A stretch of DNA of 61,878 nt, the filler included, from Chiloscyllium plagiosum (Eukaryota), in NCBI RefSeq assembly GCF_004010195.1. It is 4 parts of one record of this genome, joined end to end, with 100 filler letters (N's around TTAATTAATTAA, not from the genome) between each part and the next. Parts side by side here need not be neighbours in the genome. Positions count along the whole stretch, not along the records: positions 33,302 to 53,742 come from NC_057715.1; positions 53,843 to 61,878 come from NC_057715.1; 2 more parts are not named here. One strand, written 5' to 3'. Position numbers and translations under genes: made by a program. Below the pieces are notes generated by a model that worked only from the letters and a program-made list of their open reading frames with translations, did no database searches and was not told the DNA's origin. Below, piece by piece: positions 51,506 through 61,878 of the stretch. Numbering within the stretch: the stretch's first letter is position 1; every line of letters begins with the position of its first letter.

Positions 51506-53379
51506 TGGAGAATTTCAGCCTCTATTTTTCAATATTTTTCCAATGTAATGTGTCCTATTGCTTTCTTTGTTTTTGTTATAGCTATAGTAACCTGTGTATT
51601 TTTACTTCGGTTTTGTGGAGAATGGCAACTTGTATACTTCACAGTGTACTCCCGTATTCCTGTACCTGAGTACACAGGCAATAAATTCTAATTTTAGCTT
51701 TTAGTGATCTGTGAATATGTACTCCCCAATTCTATTGCTCTTTTTACCACATTTAGATGTTTTATTTCCAAGGAGAATGTGGTCTGTTTATTCCCCTTAG
51801 CCCTATTGCTGCTGGAACCGAGTGGCTTGGTACGGGCAGTTAAGAGTGAAGCCATTGTAGTGGATCTGGACTCTATGGCCAAACCAGATAAGGATGGCGG
51901 AATGCCTTTCCTAAGGACATATTGAGCCAGATTTGTTCACAACAGTTGACAGATGGTACATGGTCACTGTCAAGCTAGCTTTCAATTCCAGATTTTCATT
52001 GATTAAGATGTCACCTTCTGGTTAGGGTGGATTGGCCATGCTAAATTGCTCATAGTGACCAGGGATTTGCAGGCTAGGTGGATTAGCCATGGGAAATGCA
52101 GGGTTGCAGGGATAGGGTAGGAAGGTGAGTTTGGGTGGGATGCTGTTCAGAGGGCGGGACGGAATCGATGGGCCAAATGGTATGCTTCCACACTGTAGGG
52201 ATTTTATGATTCTAACAAGATGTAATGTCTCAATTATTTGTGTGAAATTGATTTTTCAACCATATGCTTATTCTGCAAGTTTAGTAATGTCTTGTCGCTG
52301 TTCTCCCCACTATTGACTATCGTTGTAATTTGGCCTCAGTCACTAATGAGAAATTGTGGGGTTCTTTTTCCAGTTGAAGTTGGTACTGTAAATTGTGGAC
52401 AGTAGTGGTCTCTGCACTAATTTTTATGGAACACCATTTTCCATTTCTGTCACTCTGAATAACTCCCCTTTACTCCCACTCACTGCTTTTTGTCCATTCT
52501 ACCACTTATCCTGTCTCACTACATGCTGCAGTCTTCCACATTATACAATGGCCTACCTCACATTGCTCCAGGAAAGGAAAGTATCTCAAAAATTTGAACA
52601 ATAAATTATGCAAGCTGTTTCACATTGTTACCATGTAGTGGCGACATGAGAGGTATTTTTCAATAACGAGATTGTGCTGTGGGCCCACAAAGACATTTTG
52701 TTTGCTGCACAATTAAACAACATTGTGTGATTTCAGTGCCATACATTCAAGAAATCGACTGATTGAACCATATTGCATGCTCCTTCAGTTGTTTGCAATA
52801 GACACAGTATATATTATACTGAACTGTTGTCTGCTTGCAAAATGCAAAACAAAATGTCGACTGTTAGATGTGATTCCATGATTGGGCAACACTTGCTGAG
52901 CAACCCCAAGCGCATCAGTCATATGCTAAGAACCAAGATGCTAACAACCACACTAACAACCGAGATAATCAGCCGAGCTTTTAGCATGTTGATTTGCACT
53001 TGTTCAAAGTTGCACATCCATTCACACGCAGAGACCTTACAATAAAAATGCATGTGTTTAGGCCTTGCACTTTTTTGTTTAGTTACCCAGGAGCTTGGGG
53101 AGCCTCGAGTTCCTTGTTGCTTTATCCATCACAATGCCTCAGCCAATCACAACCAACTTGTCAACCAATCAGCACATTTTTCCCAAAGTATACATTGTGT
53201 AAATGTTTGAAATTTGCCATTCCCACATTTGTCCAGATAAGTGCAGGATGGATAGTTTTGGCAATATTCTATTACCCAGCACCTTGTTGAAGATCTGTTT
53301 GTAAATCTATATGTTACAGTTCCAATACATCCAGCTGGGGCTTAACCAGAGATGTATAAGGGCTTAGCATTTTGTCCTG

Positions 53380-53742
53380 TGTTTTTGCTGGAAAAGCGCA
53401 GCAGGTCAGGCAGCATCCAAGGAGCAGGAGAATCGACATTTCGGGCATAAGCCCTTCTTCAGGAATGAGGAAGGTGTGCCAAGCAGGCCAAGATAAAAGG
53501 TAGGGAGGAGGGACTTGGGGGAGGGGCGTTGAGAATGCGATAGGTGGAAGAAGGTTAAGGTGAGGGTGATAGGCCGGAGAGGGGGTGGAGGCGGAGAGGT
53601 CGGGAAGAAGATTGCAGGTCAAGAAGGCGGTGTTGAGTCCAAGGGTTGGGACTGAGATAAGGTGGGGGGAGGGGAAATGAGGAAGCTGGAGAAATCTGCA
53701 TTCATCCCTTGTGGTTGGAGGGTTCCTAGGCGGAAGATGAGG
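53380..53742 (-). mobile_element. Penelope-like 3' end with hammerhead motif (53435-53462), cut by the linker
   Basis: Minus strand CTGAAGA AGGGC TTAT GCCC GAAATGTC; near-identical to 58092-58337. Confidence 0.8.
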
Positions 53743-53842
53743 NNNNNNNNNNNNNNNNNNNNNNNNNNNNNNNNNNNNNNNNNNNNTTAATTAATTAANN
53801 NNNNNNNNNNNNNNNNNNNNNNNNNNNNNNNNNNNNNNNNNN
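53743..53842. other. Artificial scaffold/contig linker
   Basis: 44 N + TTAATTAATTAA + 44 N. Confidence 0.9.
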
Positions 53843-54605
53843 TCAGTGTGAGGTGATTCACTTTGGGAAGAATAACAAAAAGATGGGGTACTGGGCTAAT
53901 GGTCGGATACTTGGTAGTGTGGATGAGCAGAGGGATCTTGGTGTCCATGTACACAGATCTCTGAAAGTTGCCACCCAGGTAAATCGTGCGGTGAGGAAGG
54001 CATATGGCGTACTGGCTTTTATTGGTAGAGGAATTGAGTTCCGGAGTCCTGAGGTCATGATGCAGTTGTATAAGACTCTGGTGCGGCCGCATCTGGAATA
54101 TTGTGTGCAGTTTTGGTCGCCATACTATAGGAAGGATGTGGTGGCACTGGAACGGGTGCAGAGGAGGTTTACCAGGATGTTGCCTGGTATGGAAGGAAGA
54201 TCGTATGAGGAAAGACTGAGACACTTGGGGCTGTTTTCATTAGAGAAAATAAGGTTTAGGGGTGACTTGATTGAGGTGTACAAGATGATTAGGGGTTTAG
54301 ATAGGGTCGACAGTGAGAATCTTTTTCCACGTATGGAGTCAGCTATTACGAGGGGGCATAGCTTTAAATTAAGGGGGGGTAGATATAGGACTGAAGTTAG
54401 GGGTAGGTTCTTCACTCAGCGAGTCGTAAGTTCATGGAATGCCCTGCCAGTAGCAGTGGTGGACTCTCCCTCTTTATGGGCATTTAAGCGGGCATTGGAT
54501 AGGTATATGGAGGATAGTGGGTTAGTATAGGTTAGGTGGGCTTGGATCGGCGCAACATCGAGGGCCAAAGGGCCTGTACTGCGCTGTATTCTTCTATGTT
54601 CTATG
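53843..54605 (+). mobile_element. Young CR1 LINE 3' end
   Basis: Uninterrupted 225-aa ORF2 C-terminus; tail TTCTATGTTCTATG. Confidence 0.9.
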
Positions 54606-54609
54606 ACCC

Positions 54610-56040
54610 CACAGTGTTAGGGGCAAGGTACTGGCATGGATAGGGGATTGGATGACTGGCAGAAGGCGGAAAGTGGGGATAAAGGGGTCTTTTTCAGATG
54701 GAAGCCAGCGACTAGTGGAGTACTACAAGAGTCTGTGTTGTGGTCATGACTATTCACATCATACATTAACAACCTAGTTGGAGGAACAAAGGGCATTCCT
54801 GCTAAGTTTGCAGATGACACAAGAATAGAATAGATTAGATTTGATTAGATTCCCTACAGTGTGGAAACAGGCCTTCGACCCAGCAAGTCCACACCGACCC
54901 TCCAAAGAACCCGTCCAGACACATTTCGCCTCTGACTAATGCACTTAACACCGTGGGCAATTTAGCATGGCCAATTCACCTGCCCTGTACATCTGTGGGA
55001 GGAAACCGGAGGAAACCCACGCAGACACTGGAGAATGTGCAAACTCCACACAGACACTCGCCCAAGGCTGGAATTGAACCTGGGATCCTGGTGCTGTGAG
55101 GCAGCAGTGCTAACCACTGAGCCACTGTGCCGTCCACTAAAGGTGGAGGGCATGTAGTGTTGAGGAAGTGGGAAGCTGCAGAAGAACTTGGGCAGGCTAA
55201 AAGAATGGGCAAAATGGCAGACGGAATACCATGTAGGAAAGTGAGGTTATGCACTTTGGTAGGAGGAATAGAAAAGACTATTTTGTAAACTGGAAAGGCT
55301 TCGGAAATCTGAAGCACAAAGGGACAAGAGATTTTGTTCAGGATTCTCTTAAGATTAACATGCAGATTCGGTTGGCAGTTAAGAGGGCAAATGCAATGTT
55401 TGTATTCATTTCAAGAGGGCTAGTATACAAGAGCAGCGATATACTGCTGAGACAATATAAGGCTCTGGTCACACCACATTTAGAATATTGTGAGTGGGTT
55501 TGGGTGCTGCATCTAAGGAAGGATGTGCTGGCATTGGAGGGAATCCAGAGGAAGTTTACAAGAGATCCTGAGGATGAAGAGTTTGTCATGAGAGAAGCAG
55601 ATAAGGACTCTTTGTCTGTACTCGATAGAGTTTAGAAGAATAGGGAGAAGTGGGGGCGCGGGGGTGGGTTCTGATTGAAACTTAGGGTACTGCGAGGCCT
55701 GGATGGAGTGGATATAGAGAAGGCATTTCCACTACCATGAGAGACTACAAACTGCGGGCATAGCCTCAAAGTGAAGGAATGACTCTTTAGAACTGAGATG
55801 AGGAGGAATTTATTCAGCCAGAGGTGAATCTTTGGAATTTGTTGCTGCAGAGTGCTGTGGAGGCCAAGTCTTTTAAGTACACTTAAGACAGAGATAGATA
55901 GGTTCTTGATAGGTAAGGGGATCAAAGATTACAGGGAGAAAGCAGGAGAATGGGGTTGAGAAACTTATCAGCCATGATGGAGCAGATTCGATGGGCCAAA
56001 TGGGCTTAATTCTGCACATCCTAAGGTCTTGTGGATCTGT
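54610..56040 (+). mobile_element. Old CR1 3' half with a nested HE1 SINE (54830-55135, -)
   Basis: KFADDT and YKALVTPHLEYC fragments; (TTAGA)n SINE tail. Confidence 0.8.
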
Positions 56041-56362
56041 CATGGTGGGATTCAAACCTGTGACCTCAAGAATGTTAAGTTGTCTCTGGATTATTAGTCC
56101 AGTGGCAATGACGTTTATGATTGCCCCACCTTCTCCATAGCACTTTGGGATGAGTTATAAATACTGACCCAGCCAGCACACCCACATCCCAAGAACGAAT
56201 GAAAAATCCTGTCTTTTCACCGAATCAGTCCTGGATTTAATCAGAGCATGTGTGGGCGGGTTTAACGAGTCTAGGTAAAGGTGGTTTTAATGGGTAGGTT
56301 ATAAGTCTTGAGTTTACAGCTGGTTCTTTAACTGGATTTTTTCTTCCCTTGGCACTTTTCAG

Positions 56363-56658
56363 TAAAGAGTCGAAAGCCCTCCCTTGGTGAGCTGATCCTG
56401 CGCCACACCAACAGTCCCACAAGGGCCCGCCAAGCTGCCCAGTTAGCTCTGCAGCACGTGCGAGAGGGGCAGGTCCTGCACGCACTCACTGGGAGCTCCA
56501 TCTTTAAGAGTTCGGCAGAGAAACAAAATGAGGCACTACGGGTGAAGAATGCTGTTTACTGCTCGCTTATCTTTTCGGAGTTCCTTAAAGAGCTAGCAGC
56601 CATCGCTCAGGAACACACTGTCACGTCTCCCTTCTTACTGGATGACAAGGAGGAGTGA
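56363..56658 (+). CDS. FHIP1B: Terminal coding exon of FHF complex subunit HOOK-interacting protein 1B (FAM160A2)
   Basis: Acceptor TTCTTCCCTTGGCACTTTTCAG (AG 56361-56362), then open frame KSRKPSLGELILRHTNSPTRARQAAQL...EALRVKNAVYCSLIFSEFLKELAAIAQEHTVTSPFLLDDKEE*, matching the vertebrate FHIP1B C-terminus as recalled. Confidence 0.85.
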
Positions 56659-57599
56659 CAGCTGGAGAATATGGAGAGCAGGAGCAGCCAGTTAGCACAT
56701 AGTACTCGCACTGACTTGGAGCATGACACAAGCTTCCTTTAATAGTAACCATGGAATCTGTAAATAACACATCTGACTCTGCAACACATTGTGTTACAGA
56801 AGTTCCAAACTTCATTCCAAAGAGTTCTTCATCGGCATTTGGAGGCAGAATGTATTCCTCAATTATTCTCATCAGGTTTCCACAGTGCGTTGCTGACAGT
56901 GGTTCACTTCAGTGCTTTCTGACTGATTGCTGAGACTCGTCTCACACTGGGCATTGTGCAAGAAAAAACCATATCACCGTCCTCTCTCTGGACTGAGCTG
57001 CATGTTTGGAAGGTTGAGAGCAGGAGAGAGAGAGAGACAGATCAATCTCCGGGTGTCTTGGATCCAACTGTAGATTCAAAGAGAGACAAATTTACACACT
57101 CATTTTATCAATGAATGTTATGCAGAAATTTCTGCTGTGTAAATGTTGAAATATTTTTTTAAAAAAAAACACAGCTTCTCAAATTGCATTTAGTTTCACT
57201 TTTTAATGTTATTAGAATGGTGTGTTGCTTTACTGGTGCCAAGGTGGGGGATGTCATTGAAAGGGGCTGCAGAGCACCCTGGAGGGGCATTGTGAACAGC
57301 CACTAGTTGTGGTTACATTGCTCTGAATGACAATAGACCGAAAGAAAGTTATAATTCAGGAACCAAGACTTAGGCAGCTTTAGGGAGCTGGGTAGAAAGT
57401 TAGCAGGAGTCTGTCAAAAGTAATGAAGTAGTAAAAGTAGTAATTAATCATATTATTAACTCTGCACTAATTCTTACTGAGTTACTCTGGTTTACGTTTA
57501 GGATAGCTGTTTTTGACCCAAGTTTCTCCCTCTCAAACTCACTCTTTTTGGGGATCTTTTACTCATTTATCATCATTCATTAAACCTACTTCATTACAC

Positions 57600-58337
57600 C
57601 CCTCCAACCGCCACCAGGACAGAACCCCACTGGTCCTCACCTACCACCCCACCAATCTCCATGTACAGTGTATCATCCGCCGTCATTTCCGCCACCTCCA
57701 AATGGACCCCACCACCAAGGATATATTTCCCTCCCCTCCCCTATCAGCATTCCGTAAAGACCACTCCCTCCGTGACTCCCTCGTCAGATCCACACCCCCC
57801 ACCAACCCAACCTCCACTCCCGGCACCCTCCCCTGCAACCGCAGGAGGTGCAAGACTCGCGCCCACNNNNNNNNNNNNNNNNNNNNNNNNNNNNNNNNNN
57901 NNNNNNNNNNNNNNNNNNNNNNNNNNNNNNNNNNNNNNNNNNNNNNNNNNNNNNNNNNNNNNNNNNNNNNNNNNNNNNNNNNNNNNNNNNNNNNNNNNNN
58001 NNNNNNNNNNNNNNNNNNNNNNNNNNNNNNNNNNNNNNNNNNNNNNNNNNNNNNNNNNNNNNNNNNNNNNNNNNNNNNNNNNNNNNNNNNNAACCTGCAA
58101 TCTTCTTCCTGACCTCTCCGCCCCCACCCCAGTCTGACCTATCACTCTCACCTTGACCTCTTTCCACCTATCGCATTTCCAACGCCCCTCCCCCAAGTCT
58201 CTCCTCCCTACCTTTTATCTTAGCCTGCTGGACACATTTTCCTCATTCCTGAAGAAGGGCTTATGCCCGAAACGTCGATTCTCCTGTTCCCTGGATGCTG
58301 CCTGACCTGCTGCGCTGTTCCAGCAACACATTTTCAG
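57600..58337 (+). mobile_element. Penelope-like 3' fragment with hammerhead motif at 58249-58276
   Basis: TSD CTTCATTACAC at 57589-57599 and 58338-58348; DRTPLVLTYHPT...CNRRRCKT; CTGAAGA AGGGC TTAT GCCC GAAACGTC. Confidence 0.85.
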
Positions 58338-59699
58338 CTTCATTACACATTACCAGATCCAAAATAATCTGATCCCCGATTGGGTCCACAGCATATTATT
58401 CTTGGGAAAACTGCTCCAAATTCATTCTATGAATTTTTTTCTTGTGGCATTCTTTGCCAATTTGAATTCCCCAATTTATATGAAGACTGAAGTCACCCAT
58501 GATTAATATAATTTATACATTCCTTCATTACCTCCTTATTTATTCTCCGTCTTACAGAACAGCTACTGTAGGGTGTCTGTGGATACTCTAACCAGTGTCA
58601 TCTTCCCCTTATTACTTCTTACCTCCACCCATTTAGATTCTACACCATCTGAGTCAACAGCATATTTTGCTCATGTACTTATTCCATCTATGCTGCCCCA
58701 CTACCCTTTCCTTCCCGCCTGTCCTTTCAAAAAGTCACATGCCCCTGAATATTTACATTTTAATACTTGATCTCTTTGATGATGATTTTCAGGTAGAAAA
58801 TACAATTGAGACCATGCTGAGTATGGAAACTTTAAGGGGCTGTTGGAAAACAACTAACAGAAGGAAGGACAGAGTGTGAAAAGAAATTGGCAACTAACAA
58901 AAAAGGGAATCTCAAAATCATCTTTGGTGCATAAACAGGATGAGTACAGCTGATATGGGAATGAAAAGGGGATTTACCTGGGGTGGGAAGGGAAGGGGGC
59001 TGTAGTATTAAGTGAATACTTATGGTGCTGGAGAAACCTCCAAGTATTTTGCACAAAAATTATTGTTATGTTGGAAAATGCAAATTAATTAAGGAAAGAC
59101 AGCTTATGTTAGATATTATGCCACACAACAGACTTGTAAAATTAGAGTGAGTTCAATAAAATCAACAGTAGCAACATGGATAGAAAATTCACTGAGTGAC
59201 AGGGAATAGATATTTCTCAGACTGCAGGATGGTTTACAATGCAGTTCCCCAGGGTCAATACTGGGACCCTCATGAATGTTAATGGCCAAGACTCAGGTTA
59301 GAGGGCACAATTTCAACGTTTGTGAATAGTACGAAAACTTGGGAGAATTGTAAACTGAGAGAAGGATACTATAAAACCTGAAAAGGACATTGACATGTTG
59401 GTGGAGTGGATGGATAGGTGGCAGGCGAAGTTCAATGTGGAGAAGTGGCAGTGATGTACTTTTTAGGAAGAACATTGGCAGACAATATAAATTAAAGGGT
59501 ATTACTTGGTAGAATTTGTAGGAACAAAAGATATAGAAACATAGAAAATAGGAGCCAGAGTAGGTCAATCGACCCCTCAAGCCTCCACCATTCAATCATC
59601 GAGCTCAATACCCTAATCTCACCCTCCCCCCAGATCCCTTAATCCCTTTAGCCACAAGGGCTATATCTACTTCCTTGAAATCACAAGTTCATTCGAGTC

Positions 59700-59940
59700 T
59701 GGAATGTACTGCCTGAAATTGTGGGGAAGCAGATCCACTCAAGGGCTTGGGATCTGGGATGTACTGTCTGAAATTGTGGGAATAACAGGTTCACTCAAGG
59801 GGTTGGGGTCTGGGATATACTGTCTGAAATTGTGGGGGAAGCAGGTTCACTCAAGGGGTTGGGGTCTGGGATGGACTGTCTGAAATTGTGGGGGAAGCAG
59901 GTTCACTCGAGTGGTTAGGGTTTAGAATGGACTCTGAGAG
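59700..59940. repeat. ~58-bp tandem repeat, about four copies
   Basis: TCTGGGATGTACTGTCTGAAATTGTGGGGGAAGCAGGTTCACTCAAGGGGTTGGGG units. Confidence 0.8.
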
Positions 59941-60919
59941 TGGTGGAGATAGGTTCCATTCTCTGAACTTGTCTAAATCACCTTGCATCCTCCTCACAAT
60001 TATGTATATCACGAGTATCTATAAAAGTATAGTCGCCCACGATTACATTATGCATGCATTTAAAGAGAGAACAGAAGGTTCAAAGGAGATGTGAGAGGCA
60101 AGTTTTTAAACAGAGTGGTAGGAGTCTGTAACATGCCGCCCGGGGTGGGGGAGGAGGCAGATATGATAGGGGTGTTTAAGGGACTTTTAGATAAGCATTT
60201 GAATAAGCAAGGAATGGTGGGTATGGACCAAGGACAAAGCAGGAGGGATTAATTTAATTTGGTGTCCTGTTCTGTACAACATGGTGGGCCAAATGGCCCG
60301 TTCTTGTGCTGTACTGTTCCATATTCTATTACAGTTGTACTCTTTTTGCATGCATCTCTACTTCCCTGTGTAATACCTTCCCTTATTTCTCCAGTATTGT
60401 TAAGCAATGTCAACCATCTTCTGCGCCTTAGTGTTTCTTTTCTCCTAACACGCTGATTCCACATCATGATTTTCAAAGCCAATGTCCTTCCTCACTATTT
60501 CATTGATTTACTACTTTATTAGCAATGCTACCCCATCTCCATTTCCTAATTCACTAAATAATGAATACCTTTGGATGTTCAGTTCCCATCCTTGATCACC
60601 CTGCAGCCATGTTTCCATTTCATAACTGTTTGTATCCATCTGCATTGCTAATTCATCGATCTTTTTGTGAATACACATTGCTTTAAGACAGGCAGCCTTT
60701 AGGCTTACCTTTTTAACCTTGTGAGTTGTCAAAGCTTTATTTTGATGGCCCTATTTGGTTCTTTCTTTTGCTCTTTCTGCCTCCCTAATTTGCTTCTTAC
60801 CATTCTGTCTTTAGTTTCTATCCTTGTTTCTTCATCCCGTCTCTATGCTCAGGTTAATAGCTCCATGCCATTCTATTTTAAACCATCCCTGACAGCATTT
60901 AGCAAACATTCTTCCTCAC

Positions 60920-61046
60920 CTGATGAAGGGCTTTTGCCCGAAACGTCGATTTCGAAGCTCCTTGGATGCTGCCTGAACTGCTGTGCTCTTCCAGCACCAC
61001 TAATCCAGAATCTGGTTTCCAGCATCTGCAGTCATTGTTTTTACCT
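60920..61046 (+). mobile_element. Hammerhead-bearing Penelope terminal mini-insertion (family A), intact core at 60920-60947
   Basis: 14-bp TSD CATTCTTCCTCACC at 60907-60920 and 61047-61060 (last TSD base is also the first core base); CTGATGA AGGGC TTTT GCCC GAAACGTC. Confidence 0.8.
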
Positions 61047-61059
61047 CATTCTTCCTCAC

Positions 61060-61878
61060 CAGTGCATTGAGTATATGAGTTGTGAGGTCATATTGCGGCT
61101 GTACAGGACATTGGTTAAGCCACTATTGGAATATTGTGTGCAATTCCAGCCTCCCTGCTATAAGAAAGATGCTGTGAGCCTTGAAAGTATTCAGAAAAAA
61201 TTTACAGGGATGTTGCCAGGGTTGGAGGGTTTGAGCTACAGGAAGAGACTGAATAGGCTAGGGCTGTTTTCTGTGGAGATTGAGGGGTGACCTTTTAGAG
61301 GTTTATAAAATCTTGAGGGGTGTGGATAGGATAAATAGGCAAGGTCTCTTCCCCGGGTGGGGGAACCTAGAGGGCATAGGTTTAAAGTGAGAGGTGAAAG
61401 ATTTATAAGACCATAAGACATAGGAGCGGAAGGCCATTCGGCCCATCAAGTCCACTCCGCCATTCAATCATGGCTGATGGGCATTTCAACTCCACTTACC
61501 TGCATTCTCCCCGTAGCCCTTAATTCCTTGTGACATCAAGAATTTATCAATTTCTGCCTTGAAGACATTTAGCGCCCTGGCCTCCACTGCACTCTGCGAC
61601 AATGAATTCCACAGGCCCACCACTCTCTGGCTGAAGAAATGTCTCCACATTTCTGTTCTGAATTTACCCCCCTAATTCTAAGGCTGTGTCCACGGTCCTA
61701 GTCTCCTCGCCTAACAGAAACAATTTCCTAGCGTCCACCCTCTCCAAGCCATGTATTATCTTGTAAGTTTCTATTAGATCTCCCCTTAATCTTCTAAACT
61801 CCAATGAATACAATCCCAGGATCCTCAGCCGTTCCTCATATGTTAGACCTACCATTCCAGAGATCATCCGTGTGAATC
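61060..61878. mobile_element. CR1 3' fragment (+, 61060-61402) with a young antisense CR1 (61402-61878, -) of the same family as 16750-17741
   Basis: LYRTLVKPLLEYCVQF; (CCATAAGA)n tail and near-identical 3' UTR. Confidence 0.85.

Noticed and set aside
52620..53290. Possible ancient Penelope GIY-YIG remnant (SMIGQHLLSNP)
   Set aside because: Too decayed to support beyond one short motif

Overview
Repeat-dominated vertebrate genomic DNA, almost certainly from a cartilaginous fish (shark), judging by the HE1-type V-SINEs, dense CR1-clade LINEs, Penelope-like elements, Rex1 and Tx1 LINEs. The window is four segments (1-15688, 15789-33201, 33302-53742, 53843-61878) joined by an artificial 100-bp N44-TTAATTAATTAA-N44 linker, so adjacency across the linkers is unproven. 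Main contents: (1) a decayed ~6.7-kb class I (epsilon-like) endogenous retrovirus at 26041-32733 with 4-bp CTTG TSD, PPT and 594-bp 3' LTR, lacking gag and PBS. It carries a relic 2H-phosphoesterase-like domain between protease and RT, and an env with an immunosuppressive domain but CX6C rather than CX6CC. (2) Many Penelope-derived minimal hammerhead-ribozyme motifs of two families, several in 85-160-bp insertions with 9-17-bp TSDs, plus a 3.2-kb inverted Penelope pair. (3) The terminal coding exon of FHIP1B (FAM160A2) at 56363-56658. (4) Unidentified candidate exons and micro-exons on the minus strand. Most listed ORFs are TE fragments or minisatellite/gap artefacts. TE boundaries are approximate unless a TSD is quoted; family names come from motif recognition, not database searches.
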